DNA of 64,000 nt from a virus. Both the position numbers and the translations under genes were made by a program. The stretch is from IMG/VR virus record IMGVR_UViG_3300032267_001142, positions 64,001-128,000 of that record; one strand, 5' to 3'. A model generated the notes under the pieces. It saw only the letters and a program-made list of their open reading frames with translations. It made no database searches and was not told where the DNA came from. Position 1 is the first letter of the stretch. Each line of letters opens with the position of its first letter. Shown here in pieces: positions 1 through 10,587 of the stretch.

Positions 1-2739
1 GCAATCTCAAGTATACCACAGGTTAAAATCAACGGCTCTTCCAAGGCTTATGGAGGTTACATCTTTAATGTCAATTACGTTGTTGGCCTTAACAAAGTTC
101 CTTCAGAAATAACAATATCTTTTATTAGCGAATCCGGCTCATATCAACGCCCTACCCTTTCGAGCACGGTTCCCGTAAAAATCTCTATAGGCAATCTCGT
201 CGACGATACGTTTTACCCAATCTCTCTATCTGACAAGCGCAGCGGCGGCTCCAAAACCCTAGACGTTACATTCCGCGATTCTAGTCTAATTCTTGACAAA
301 TTGTTTATCGGATTGCACAAGCAACACGGTATCAATAAGAGGGCTGTCAGCAGAAAGAGCGCGACTAGCCTAGATAACTATGTGTCGAGCATATACCCAG
401 ACCCGATTCTTCATGTTTCGGAAAAAGGCTCGAATCTTATCATCGTTGGCGAAGAGGTTCACCCGTGCGACATGAACGACGATTTAGTTTTCGATGCTGC
501 GGATTTGGAGCTGCTCGCTTACGACGCTAGTGACCCCTGCCAGCTCAAATGCAATCATCATTACGCGGATTACAACTCTATACACGCAGAATGCGTCACA
601 AAAACCCGCACCTCAATTCTAGAAGTCAATTATAATCTAGAAGAGCTTCTCGCGGCAATCTCTCAGTATGTCTCGGTCGCTCAGGAGCCTTCGGATGTTC
701 ACACAAAATATCGAGCAAAATATACGGGGACGTTAAGGTCTGTATTGACTAGCTGGTGTTCCGACTTGGGATTATCTTTCTTCTGGGAAAAGGGACAGCT
801 ACATTTTGTAGATGTAAGTAAGAGAGTTAAAATAACGATTCCTGAGCTTCCTTGCTTTAAGGAATTCGAGTTCAATTCTACACTCGAAGGCACAATCTGC
901 CGAGGCACCATAACTAATTATTCAAAACAAGGCGAAATCATTTCCACCAATTGTAATTCGCCACAACCCGTTGCTCTTTCTTGTCTTACGCTACGTGACT
1001 TGTATCGTGATGTCTGGGTTCCTTCTGACCCGTTTGGCGACACTGGGACACCTCACCAGAAAAACAAAAGCTCTAGCGCGGCGGTAGGCACTTCTTCGTA
1101 TAAGTATAAAGACACTAAATATCCGCTAGGGGTTCCTGTCGAAAAACTGGAAGAGGCAGTTATTTGTTCTTTCTATGACCAGCGATTGAGATGGTTGTAT
1201 ATCCTAAGAAATTACTATGGACTGAACCAAGTCTCCGATTGGAGAGCCTCGATTAACGGGACGGCTGATAGGTTCGGGCAGATGAAAATTCTTGGCGTGT
1301 GCGACTCTTCTGACACTACGGCTTACTCCGCGCTGACTGCCGACGGAACTGCTTTTGATGTTAAACGTGGCGAACTAAAATCTTTCCAAGATAACCAAGG
1401 ATTCTTCGTCATCGCGGAGCTGAACCAAGACCTGTTAGAAGAGCAGTACGCGTTTGAGGCTGGCCTTGGCGCGTCTTTTATAGGTCAACACTGGGTTCGC
1501 AGCTATATCGGCCCAAATTCAGGCACCGCTCCAGAAATTAAACCCAACGGTCAATATTTGGGCGGAGCGACGGCGGAGCTTAAACAAGCAGGCTTCACTT
1601 CATTTCGGCACTCAAACAACTCTAAAGTAGCTAATCTCGCGAGACAACTTCAGGAACAACCCGAGTTGCTAGACAACAAAAGCCCGCTGAAGAATCGAAA
1701 TTTTATTCACAAAAACACGCGTTCTGTAATTTACTACGACAGAGGCTCCAACGCGAGATGGATGCCAAGAAGGGACGACAAACAAAACGAATTTCAAAAA
1801 GTCCTAGATAATATGGCCTCTCAGATGCCTGCGGTCATCAACGTTCAGGAGGCGGCAATTACTAATGTTCTGGCGTCTTTGCAAATATCGAACGCAAAAA
1901 ACGCTAAAGATTTGCAACAAAAAATCAAGGACAAAAAGGTTGTCATTTTGGCAATGTATCCAGGATACTTCACCATGACTGCATCGAAAGTCACAAATCC
2001 AGAAGAGGAGAGCCCGATGCACGTTCCTATCGGAGAGTCTTCGGTTTCTCAGCTCGGGCTGATGTCGAAGACTTCGTATAAGTATCTAGTCTGGGGAATG
2101 CCCGTTATTATGCCCGCCGCGTCTTCATGTAGGTTTAATAAGGACTACGATGACCCGTTGCTGACGACCTCAACAAACTTCCAGTTAAAAGTCAGGACTC
2201 AGGTCGATATGTCGAAGCCTTCTCTGATTACGGCTCCTCATTATCTGGTAGCTGTAAATCAAACCTATACGCCTTATTTTGAACTACCGAAGATACAGGC
2301 GGTGTTTTCCTCTTCTCCTGCGGTTGGGGACGCGCTTGCTGTCGAATACGCCGTTTATCCTCAAGGCTCCAAAAAAGAAATGGCTTTGCTTGCAAATATG
2401 AAAGACGAGTGCGTGCCTGATACGTCCTCTTTGCAGGCTTATCATGACGATTTCAACGCCAAACTCGTTGAAAGTGTCACGGAACCCTTTGACAGTTATA
2501 CGTTTTCGATTGACGGAGTTACCCTAGACAGCGCAGTGACGCCATCTATTTCCAATGGTTTAGAAAGAGTCAACATATCTGTATCCGAAAGAGGTGTTTC
2601 GTCTTCGTTCACTTTTGGAAATTCTTTGTTTACACCGATTCGTTTGGATACGAAACGCCAAGAAGTAGAATACGCGCTGGCGGCTTCTAGGAGGTCCGAA
2701 TTGTTCGGAAAATACGCAATGCCATCTCAGTCAGTATAA
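1..2739 (+). CDS. Putative virion structural/tail-associated protein, 5'-truncated by the window edge
   Basis: Frame is open from base 1 (AISSIPQVKINGSSKAY...) into the 301..2739 ORF, so the real start lies upstream. First of five contiguous or coupled + strand genes. No catalytic motif recognised; structural role inferred from context. Confidence 0.5.
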   Translation, partial: AISSIPQVKINGSSKAYGGYIFNVNYVVGLNKVPSEITISFISESGSYQRPTLSSTVPVKISIGNLVDDTFYPISLSDKRSGGSKTLDVTFRDSSLILDKLFIGLHKQHGINKRAVSRKSATSLDNYVSSIYPDPILHVSEKGSNLIIVGEEVHPCDMNDDLVFDAADLELLAYDASDPCQLKCNHHYADYNSIHAECVTKTRTSILEVNYNLEELLAAISQYVSVAQEPSDVHTKYRAKYTGTLRSVLTSWCSDLGLSFFWEKGQLHFVDVSKRVKITIPELPCFKEFEFNSTLEGTICRGTITNYSKQGEIISTNCNSPQPVALSCLTLRDLYRDVWVPSDPFGDTGTPHQKNKSSSAAVGTSSYKYKDTKYPLGVPVEKLEEAVICSFYDQRLRWLYILRNYYGLNQVSDWRASINGTADRFGQMKILGVCDSSDTTAYSALTADGTAFDVKRGELKSFQDNQGFFVIAELNQDLLEEQYAFEAGLGASFIGQHWVRSYIGPNSGTAPEIKPNGQYLGGATAELKQAGFTSFRHSNNSKVANLARQLQEQPELLDNKSPLKNRNFIHKNTRSVIYYDRGSNARWMPRRDDKQNEFQKVLDNMASQMPAVINVQEAAITNVLASLQISNAKNAKDLQQKIKDKKVVILAMYPGYFTMTASKVTNPEEESPMHVPIGESSVSQLGLMSKTSYKYLVWGMPVIMPAASSCRFNKDYDDPLLTTSTNFQLKVRTQVDMSKPSLITAPHYLVAVNQTYTPYFELPKIQAVFSSSPAVGDALAVEYAVYPQGSKKEMALLANMKDECVPDTSSLQAYHDDFNAKLVESVTEPFDSYTFSIDGVTLDSAVTPSISNGLERVNISVSERGVSSSFTFGNSLFTPIRLDTKRQEVEYALAASRRSELFGKYAMPSQSV

Positions 2740-5700
2740 TGAATACATCGTCAAAAATCAGCTCCAATTTCTATACTCAAACGGGAGTAGTAAGTTATCT
2801 ATTCGATATAGCACTCGATTCTACCCGCTCGGGCGCTTCTGTAGGCTTACGCTCCAGCTCTACTTCTTTCTATTTTACCTTTCGTAGTGGAAAGATTTTT
2901 GACTGGAGTAGACGAGTTATTGGTGGCTATTCTGCCGACGTTCCTGTAGAGATTTCTGGACAGGTGGGGCGCGGTCTCGCGGACTGCTTTATTAACGGTG
3001 TTCCAGCGGTTTTGGGCGGAGCTGCACCGACTGGAAATTGGACGGGTTGGTTTTTGGACCCTACCGGCGTTTCGGTAGATATCTTGAGTTCGGTACGCGG
3101 AAATCGTCCCGCTTACTCGGTGACTACTTCTGGAGAGTTTTTGGGACCGAACACCCCTGTATACGGGGCTATCACTAATAATTCCTCATTGCCGTTTTTG
3201 TTAGTGGGAACGGAGTTGATGTCTAATAGCTCTGACTTTAGGCTTACGTCTGGCGATAGCGGCAAAACGATTCAACCTTCAGAGAGCGGCGTTTTCGCGT
3301 TGAAGTCTGATGTTTCCGGAGCGTTCGGAGTTCTGCCTTTAAGGATTTCTACTGATTTCGGTCTAATTGATTTGAACTTTTCGGTTTACGGAAATTATCA
3401 AAACCTAGGGAACTCAAGCGTAACTATCTCGCCAGAATCGAATCTGAACGCCTTATTAGGCATCTACACTCCAGTCTCCTCTTTCGTAGATAACTATCCA
3501 AATAGTGCGGACTTTTCTGTAGAACTCGCGTATGTAAGCGGCACAACGGGAAACATTTTTGGAAGTCAGAGAAGAACACAAATAAAAACCGCCGCTCTTT
3601 CTGGTAAAATTTCTGGCTCTGGATTTTTGGAATCCGGAGCAGTTTCTACAATCGTCTATTTTGATACGGGTCTCTCGGGCAACGTTTCAGGTAACGGAAC
3701 TGGTGTTTATAGAAGTGCTTGGGTAACTTCAGTTTCAAGCGTTGGTCAAACCTTTAGTGTCCGTTCTACGGGACTCGGCGACGGGTCTCTATACGGCGAT
3801 TTCTCTGCTAGCGGAAAAGTCTTTTCTGCCGCGTCTGGAAATGTCGGACTGTTTGGCGATTACTCTTCTCCTAGAACGTTCTTTAATGTTTCTGGGTCTG
3901 GAACTTATCCGTTTTATTACCAAGGGGTAATACCGGTTTCTTCTGGACAATCGTTTTTAACTTACTCTGGTATTTTCCCTCTGTCGTCTATTATTCCTCA
4001 AGCTTACATAAGCTCAGGTCTACTGACAAAAGGTAAACTATTCTCCGGTTTACTGTATCAGCAGTATCGGGTCACTGGTTTGGGCTTCGCGACAGGAGCT
4101 TTTCAAACCGGTAAGGTAGACTCAAAATTCAACTACAATTTTGAACCAGGCTTATATATCTTTTCAAAGTCCTTTAGTGGATTGGTGTCCTCGTCACCTT
4201 ATACTCCGCCCGAACTTTTTGACCCGAGCGTTTGTGGTACCCAGAAAGAGATAGTCGCTAGTGGAGAAATTTTTGGAAACTTTTCTTGGCCGTCTTCAAA
4301 GATTTCCCTTCTCGGCCCAAGCGGATACAATAGTAGCGTAAGCGGAGACTTCTTGGACTGCGTTTCTATTAATTCGCTTCCTAACATTGTCGCTTCAGGT
4401 ATCCCATCCTCAATATTCGCTCCTGACGGTTCGGTCGTCTCTCATGATAGAGTTGTTTACTTTTCGCCGTCGGGAGGCTTTTCTGTCAATGAAAATAGCA
4501 GTTTCGTAGGCACCAAAAGAACTTCTATCTCAAGAATGGGTTCGACTCCCAGCGGCTACGGATTCTTTTCCGGAATAGTCGAGGACTGCGGACATGAGGG
4601 TGTGTGGAGGGAGTCCGTCTCTTATGAGTCTCAATTGCTATCGGGAAAACTAAGGCACGCCAAATATGGCGAAATGAGCTGCGTGGGGTTCCTCACCGAG
4701 AGCGGTGTCACTAAAAATAGTTTCGCGAAAGTTGTTATTGACTCGGAAAAGCCGATGTTGTTTTTGGCAGAGAACTATCCGAGCCTGCTGTCTCGATATG
4801 AGAATCTTGGGCAAACTGGGCAGACCTCTTTGTCAATGTATCCGGTGATAGAGCTTTATAAAAACTATTCTGGGGCTATCGCCGCGACAGGTTCAGTCGG
4901 GTGGACTGGCCGATTAATCTCAGGAGCGCGACTGTTTATAAACGGCTACGTTGCGAAATACGAACCCGTTCTGGGCTCTACAGGAAGTGGCGTTTTCTAT
5001 GATATTTATTCGCTAAAGTCGCTGCTTAACGACGACTTGAGGTATAAAGTTAAGGCGGAGGTAGATTATCCAGATTATAAATCGCTCTTTTTGTCTGCGA
5101 GAGTTTGGGGCGTCTCGGGAAATTCGGTAACTCTTTCTGGCAACTCTGGGTTCATATTCTCAGACAGCCATCTAACGGGCGGTATCGCCGAAGGCGCACA
5201 AGTCCGTTATTTGCCAATTTCTGAAAATTCATGCTGGAATCAGGGATTAGGAATGACGCAGTCCCTTTTAGAAAAGGCCAAAAAACCTCTGTCGTCATGC
5301 TATGCAGCAATCGGAACTGTATTGACAAAGGGAGAGTATATTCTCAAAACGTCTTATACCTCACCATTTGCAAGTGGCAATGCCAATTCTCGCGGCTTCG
5401 TTAGTTTTGCTACGGGCGAGTTTAGAACCTGCGAGTCTTGGAAATATCTTCCTGTTGAAATTAAAAGAGCTGGCGGCTCTTTGGGGCGCATTTACTGTGA
5501 AATCTCTACTTACGAAAGACCACAGGATATTGCAGAGGGCGCAGGAAAAGACTACACGGGAGACAAGTTTTATACACAACTGTCGGAAGGTCAGTCTGGG
5601 GCTTTTGTTTATGTCCCTGTTGTGGATGAGGGCGACAAGGAAGTGACAGAATCTCTCGGTCTCTCTTTGCTCGCTTATTATGAGAACGCTCCAGAAGTTT

Positions 5701-7454
5701 CGGCTATAAGCGGTCAGTCTAACGCGATAGGATACATCTTCGACGATGATTTTTCGCTAAGTGGAGTGTGCACCGGTTCCCCGTCTTTTCCGCAACCTAG
5801 TGGAGTATATAATCCTGAAGTTACAGGACATCCTACAAGAGCCAAGCTTTGCGGCGACAGTCAATTCTTTATCTGGAATGATATCATGTCGGGATATCAC
5901 GAGAGCCCCTTCAACTTCTCGGACAATTGCACTACGGGCAAACTATTATGGTTTGCCGCGCAGAACGCTAACGATGAGTGGTTTAAGATAGAATACACCC
6001 AGAAAAGATTCCCTTATATCTCTAATGGGTTCTCAATAGACAAAATTATCATCACGAAAGGTTCACAAGAACCGGAAGTAATTGAGCCTCTATCTGGCGG
6101 CGAGAGACTAAGATATACGTCTAGCTTAGGCGGATTTCTCAACACGGAAATAAAAAGCTCTAACTTCAAGGACTGCTCGTATTGCGTATTAAACCCTTCG
6201 TTTGATTATCTCTATATGTTCAATGAGATAACCGATGAGTGGTATAACGCTAAGCGTATTGGTGGAGCTTTCTATTTCTTGATGAAGGCCGCGTCTAATC
6301 AGGCGTCTACATACAATAATAACTCATCTGCGAACTATGATGGTATTTCCGAAATCCTTTACGGAGCGGGTCTCGGTAGTCGATACCGTTTTATGTCCTA
6401 TCCAGACTTGGAATCTGTCACGGAAGCGCCAGCGCAAAATGATATCAACAGCATCATTTATAAATGGCGTCAGTTCTCTACTGCTAAGGGCTCTACAGAC
6501 GTTTCTTGGGATTACATTCTGACCAGATGTGGTAATTCAGTCGTCGGTCTTGGCGATGGAAATGGAGGAGTCGCGGATTCCGGAGATAATGAAGCTTCGT
6601 TGGGAGACACGGAAGACAACGGAACTTTACTTTTCGGACCCTACTCTCCGTCTCCAAGCCCGCTACCTGACTTTCCTGTGGCCTACATGGGTTCTTCAAA
6701 TAATGGAGGCACAGGTGGGGAAAGCAAACCGCCCGGTAAAAAGCCGAAAGAGGTTACTCCGTCCGAAAGCACGAACGTCGAAATAGAGATTTCTGATATT
6801 CAGTTCGCTGAAAGCTGTTTCCCTGATGATTCGATACAGACCGCAACGGTTTACGTTAATGTCAAAGTCTTAAGTGCTCCTGAAAACGCAACCATACAAA
6901 TCTCCGTAAAGGGGTCGTATGGCCGCTCGCAGAGTTTGTCGCTAACCTCCGGTAATGACGGCGCTGTAAGTTTCGACCCTTCCGTGACGCCAGGAAAAGG
7001 AACGCTGACTTATTATGCGACTGCAAAGCTCAATGGAGAAATAGTCCATGAGGTCAGTAAGACTTCCGACCAAGTTCCGGGCGTTTGCGATAAGTGTTTT
7101 GGCGGCGTTACCGAAGAAAGCTCCCCTGTCACTATCGGCACAGCGAAGCTTTGCAGCCCAGACAACGGAGTCGTGCCGGTAGGAGAGGGCTCTTCTTACG
7201 GATATGATTATGACGGCGGAGGAGGATGCGAGTCGTGCGGTAAACTCAAGGCGTCTCTAGATTTGCGACCAATCCAAAAGCACGATTTTGGAAAGGGCAA
7301 GAATCGAACTCTCTCAGTTTATGATAACAAAGCTGGCCTCGTCCTAGGACCATTCACGATATCGAGCACAGGAAAAGTCCAAGGTATGCCAGATAGTTAC
7401 GAAGTAACCGATTGCAAAGTCCATTTGATAACAGTCAAAGTGGCTTGCGTGTAA
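2739..7454 (+). CDS. Large Ser/Gly-rich putative tail fibre/adhesin (1571 aa) with Calx-beta-like domain
   Basis: TAATG coupling. Beta-rich S/G composition. Calx-beta-like segment VEIKRAGGSLGRIYCEIST...GKDY...SEGQ...VPVVDEGDKEVTESLGLSL at about 5451-5680. Pro-rich linker and Cys-rich C-terminus. Confidence 0.6.
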   Translation: MNTSSKISSNFYTQTGVVSYLFDIALDSTRSGASVGLRSSSTSFYFTFRSGKIFDWSRRVIGGYSADVPVEISGQVGRGLADCFINGVPAVLGGAAPTGNWTGWFLDPTGVSVDILSSVRGNRPAYSVTTSGEFLGPNTPVYGAITNNSSLPFLLVGTELMSNSSDFRLTSGDSGKTIQPSESGVFALKSDVSGAFGVLPLRISTDFGLIDLNFSVYGNYQNLGNSSVTISPESNLNALLGIYTPVSSFVDNYPNSADFSVELAYVSGTTGNIFGSQRRTQIKTAALSGKISGSGFLESGAVSTIVYFDTGLSGNVSGNGTGVYRSAWVTSVSSVGQTFSVRSTGLGDGSLYGDFSASGKVFSAASGNVGLFGDYSSPRTFFNVSGSGTYPFYYQGVIPVSSGQSFLTYSGIFPLSSIIPQAYISSGLLTKGKLFSGLLYQQYRVTGLGFATGAFQTGKVDSKFNYNFEPGLYIFSKSFSGLVSSSPYTPPELFDPSVCGTQKEIVASGEIFGNFSWPSSKISLLGPSGYNSSVSGDFLDCVSINSLPNIVASGIPSSIFAPDGSVVSHDRVVYFSPSGGFSVNENSSFVGTKRTSISRMGSTPSGYGFFSGIVEDCGHEGVWRESVSYESQLLSGKLRHAKYGEMSCVGFLTESGVTKNSFAKVVIDSEKPMLFLAENYPSLLSRYENLGQTGQTSLSMYPVIELYKNYSGAIAATGSVGWTGRLISGARLFINGYVAKYEPVLGSTGSGVFYDIYSLKSLLNDDLRYKVKAEVDYPDYKSLFLSARVWGVSGNSVTLSGNSGFIFSDSHLTGGIAEGAQVRYLPISENSCWNQGLGMTQSLLEKAKKPLSSCYAAIGTVLTKGEYILKTSYTSPFASGNANSRGFVSFATGEFRTCESWKYLPVEIKRAGGSLGRIYCEISTYERPQDIAEGAGKDYTGDKFYTQLSEGQSGAFVYVPVVDEGDKEVTESLGLSLLAYYENAPEVSAISGQSNAIGYIFDDDFSLSGVCTGSPSFPQPSGVYNPEVTGHPTRAKLCGDSQFFIWNDIMSGYHESPFNFSDNCTTGKLLWFAAQNANDEWFKIEYTQKRFPYISNGFSIDKIIITKGSQEPEVIEPLSGGERLRYTSSLGGFLNTEIKSSNFKDCSYCVLNPSFDYLYMFNEITDEWYNAKRIGGAFYFLMKAASNQASTYNNNSSANYDGISEILYGAGLGSRYRFMSYPDLESVTEAPAQNDINSIIYKWRQFSTAKGSTDVSWDYILTRCGNSVVGLGDGNGGVADSGDNEASLGDTEDNGTLLFGPYSPSPSPLPDFPVAYMGSSNNGGTGGESKPPGKKPKEVTPSESTNVEIEISDIQFAESCFPDDSIQTATVYVNVKVLSAPENATIQISVKGSYGRSQSLSLTSGNDGAVSFDPSVTPGKGTLTYYATAKLNGEIVHEVSKTSDQVPGVCDKCFGGVTEESSPVTIGTAKLCSPDNGVVPVGEGSSYGYDYDGGGGCESCGKLKASLDLRPIQKHDFGKGKNRTLSVYDNKAGLVLGPFTISSTGKVQGMPDSYEVTDCKVHLITVKVACV

Positions 7455-7461
7455 ATAGAAT

Positions 7462-10400
7462 ATGTCACTTCCAACCAGAGGCAGAGCTAAAATCTCAATA
7501 TTCGACTTCTCTGAAGCCGCTGCTTCTCTCGCGCCCATACCAGAGGTTTTGTTCAGCGGAATCATGGATGAAGTGTCGGTATCTTGCGTAGGCAAGACCG
7601 CTTACGAGGCTTCCCCATCTGCTGTTTCGTCTTGGTATGTGAACAGCGCTGGCACCGGCTTCGTGCCTAGCTTGACTTTGTCTAGCGAAACTATCCTCGA
7701 TGAGAACAGGATAACCAAACTCAGCCCAGACTATAGTGGATTACTGAGCGGTCGGCATAATGCACCACCAAGCGATGATACGAGTAGCTCTGTATACGAA
7801 TCATTACTCGCTGGTAAAAACTACAAAGTAGAGGTCGGTCTTCCTGCCAATACCGATATTAACGCCCCTCGTTACGTTTCGGTGTCTCATCTATTCGGAC
7901 CAAAATATGAAGAGGTACAAGGTCTCGCGGCCACCTCTCAGTCTTGGTTGCGTTACAACGCTCAGACCGGCAATTTATCAAATATTTTCGCTTTTTCTCT
8001 CGAAATGGTCAGAGATATCAGCGGATATGGAGCTTCTATGGGGGTTTCAGGCAAGGGGTTGGAACTTGTTGATTGGTCTCCGGAGATTCTGAACGGTTAC
8101 TGCTCGAAGATTAAAACCGCACTTTCTGGATGCCAAATAAATGATGCGGAGTTTTCGGACTTGTCAAGATGCTTAACGGGTGAAGTTTCACAAGAGCTTT
8201 TGGAATCGACTATTTCAGGAATACTTAGGCAGTCTCTTTCTCGGAGGGGTGTGGTTCCGAGTTCGTCTTTACCTAATTCTGTGGGTGGCGACGGACAGGT
8301 AGATTTGGCGTCCCAGCTTTACCGTTATGCCGGTCATGTCAGTTACAATCAACCAATCGCGGGCGATTCGATTTGCATTCGCACGTTCACGGACTCAAGA
8401 ACCAATGAGTATAAATCCATTTACAACTCGGAGCCTCCTTATACCGGATACTATAAATGCTTTACTTATGGAGTCGACTTCTCCTCGATAAACAGCTTAG
8501 TAACTGCAATAAACAACGCTTTATACTACACCCCTCATCAGACTTGGCAGCAGTCCCAGTGTGAAACGTTAGCTAGTGGTCGGTTTGAATCTGGTCCGGT
8601 TCTTAGGGCGACCAAGACCGATAATAACACGATACGTTTTGAGTCTCAGGTTTTTGGAGATGCTGGAGCCTTTGGTTTGTCAATAACTTCTGGAGATAGG
8701 ACAGCCAACGTCAATGTCAAATCGTTTTTCCTTCCTGATAGGGTGGCGCTCGAAGGTCTTGACGCGTCCGGTAACTGGGTGTCCTTACTCGCTAGGTCAG
8801 GTATTGATTGGTTGGCCTTGGAGCCTACTTTAAGTGTCTCTGAAACTTCGATTTCTCCTATTTCTTCTGGACTTTCCGGAGCAATGAAGCCAGCCCCAGA
8901 AAAGTCACCGCAAGTTCAGGTAAGCGGCTCTGGTAATCTCCAATTGCTATACACTGTAAATATCAGCGGAAAAGACGCTTGCGGCAAAGATTTCCAAGAA
9001 GACGTTCCTATTTATAAGGCGATAGCTCCTAAATACTGCAAACAGGATACGGACCCCCTCAACGAAGAGTCTGATAAAAAAGACGCGATGCTATCCGGCA
9101 TCCTAGGCGGAGAAGTTTCGGGCGAGTATTTCGTGATGTCCAAGTTGAGAACGGGGTGGTTGGTCGATGTCACAGGAGCTTATAAAGAATATCGCTTAGC
9201 TTTATCTGAGATGTCATCTTACGTTGGTCAAGCGACCTGTCATCACGCAGGCGAAATTTACGCTACTAATCTTTCATTTTATGGAAGAGAATCCTCGGCC
9301 AGAGTATTTTCTGGCGAGTCTTGCATTTTCGGAGCGACATATCAGAATCATATAAGAGGATATGCTTCTGGTGTTATAACTGGAACGGCTTCAGGATTGG
9401 CGGAATCCGGTTTTCACGATTTCTCAAGGGATTCCGTCTATGGAACTCCTCTTAACAACACCGTAAGGTTTAATAACGCCGTCGGTAAGCCTATAGGATT
9501 GTTCACGGGTGCATGCACGGGCTCAATAACTGGAACCGGTTTTTATACAGATTATGTCAACTGTGTTCGTTTGATATCTTTGGGCTCGGGTTCGGGTATC
9601 GGCTTAAGTGGACAAGTTTCCGGAGTCATTACGGGAAGCGGACTGCTTGTTGGCGGTCCTTATTATTTCGTCAATGAGTCCTACGCTAGGACGGGAATAA
9701 AGGACACCGTTTACGCTTTCAATCCTTCAGGTTTGTTTCTAGTGAATGGACCTATCAAGGATGTTCCGTTTCCTTTTTCTCGCGGGCAGGCTTTTGGATA
9801 TCTCGATGTTACTATTGCCGCTTCCCAAATTACGGGATACAAGGATTTCTCGGGCGTAATTACAGGCTACCCATCTCAAGCCTTCTACGCGGCTCCTACG
9901 GGTTATTCTAATGCTACGGGCTCCGTCGCCGTCGTCTCGCCTGTGGCGGGCGATATCGTGCTGTTAAATGGCCTTCCTGTTGTTTATGGCACCGGCTCGG
10001 GCCAGAGCGCCCCTTCATATTTCAACTCCGCCGCGACTTTGGCCTCGATTATTAATTCGGGGGTATCTAGATTCTCTGCGTCGGCTTCTTTGTCAGGAAG
10101 CATTGTTAAACTACTCTCTGCGATATCTGGCTCTAGCGGTAATCTTATCGAGCTTTCCGTTATCGGTTCGACGGGATTAAAAACCTCATCCTCCTCACTT
10201 ATTGGAGGGGCTGAAGTTTATCCTTTCGTGACCGTCTCTTCTCCTTTTACTGGTATCTGGTCTAAGAGACTATATGCCGTTCAGTCTCATTCATTAAGTG
10301 GAAGCGGCGTATTTACGGGAGACCTGCCAGTGTTCCTTTACAAGCGCACGTTCACTGGTATTTGGAACCTCCGCTCTGGAGACATTGATTTTTCGGAAGC

Positions 10401-10587
10401 TAATAAAGTCACAAGTGGTAAATATTTCGGTGTTGTTTCTTCCGAAATGTCGCCTGTATCGCTCCCGTTAGATATACAATATGTAGGCCCATATCTACAA
10501 AACAATACCGATGTCGCTAGGCTGTTCGTCAGGGGCATCAACTTCCCATCATCATCTTCGGTGCTAATAACAGGAAAGCCTAACTAA
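7462..10587 (+). CDS. Ser/Gly-rich putative virion structural protein (1041 aa)
   Basis: Two copies of a domain shared with the 1571-aa protein. Discoidin/F5-8C-like fragments (PDRVALEGLDASGNWVSL; YKEYRLALSEM). Confidence 0.55.
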   Translation: MSLPTRGRAKISIFDFSEAAASLAPIPEVLFSGIMDEVSVSCVGKTAYEASPSAVSSWYVNSAGTGFVPSLTLSSETILDENRITKLSPDYSGLLSGRHNAPPSDDTSSSVYESLLAGKNYKVEVGLPANTDINAPRYVSVSHLFGPKYEEVQGLAATSQSWLRYNAQTGNLSNIFAFSLEMVRDISGYGASMGVSGKGLELVDWSPEILNGYCSKIKTALSGCQINDAEFSDLSRCLTGEVSQELLESTISGILRQSLSRRGVVPSSSLPNSVGGDGQVDLASQLYRYAGHVSYNQPIAGDSICIRTFTDSRTNEYKSIYNSEPPYTGYYKCFTYGVDFSSINSLVTAINNALYYTPHQTWQQSQCETLASGRFESGPVLRATKTDNNTIRFESQVFGDAGAFGLSITSGDRTANVNVKSFFLPDRVALEGLDASGNWVSLLARSGIDWLALEPTLSVSETSISPISSGLSGAMKPAPEKSPQVQVSGSGNLQLLYTVNISGKDACGKDFQEDVPIYKAIAPKYCKQDTDPLNEESDKKDAMLSGILGGEVSGEYFVMSKLRTGWLVDVTGAYKEYRLALSEMSSYVGQATCHHAGEIYATNLSFYGRESSARVFSGESCIFGATYQNHIRGYASGVITGTASGLAESGFHDFSRDSVYGTPLNNTVRFNNAVGKPIGLFTGACTGSITGTGFYTDYVNCVRLISLGSGSGIGLSGQVSGVITGSGLLVGGPYYFVNESYARTGIKDTVYAFNPSGLFLVNGPIKDVPFPFSRGQAFGYLDVTIAASQITGYKDFSGVITGYPSQAFYAAPTGYSNATGSVAVVSPVAGDIVLLNGLPVVYGTGSGQSAPSYFNSAATLASIINSGVSRFSASASLSGSIVKLLSAISGSSGNLIELSVIGSTGLKTSSSSLIGGAEVYPFVTVSSPFTGIWSKRLYAVQSHSLSGSGVFTGDLPVFLYKRTFTGIWNLRSGDIDFSEANKVTSGKYFGVVSSEMSPVSLPLDIQYVGPYLQNNTDVARLFVRGINFPSSSSVLITGKPN

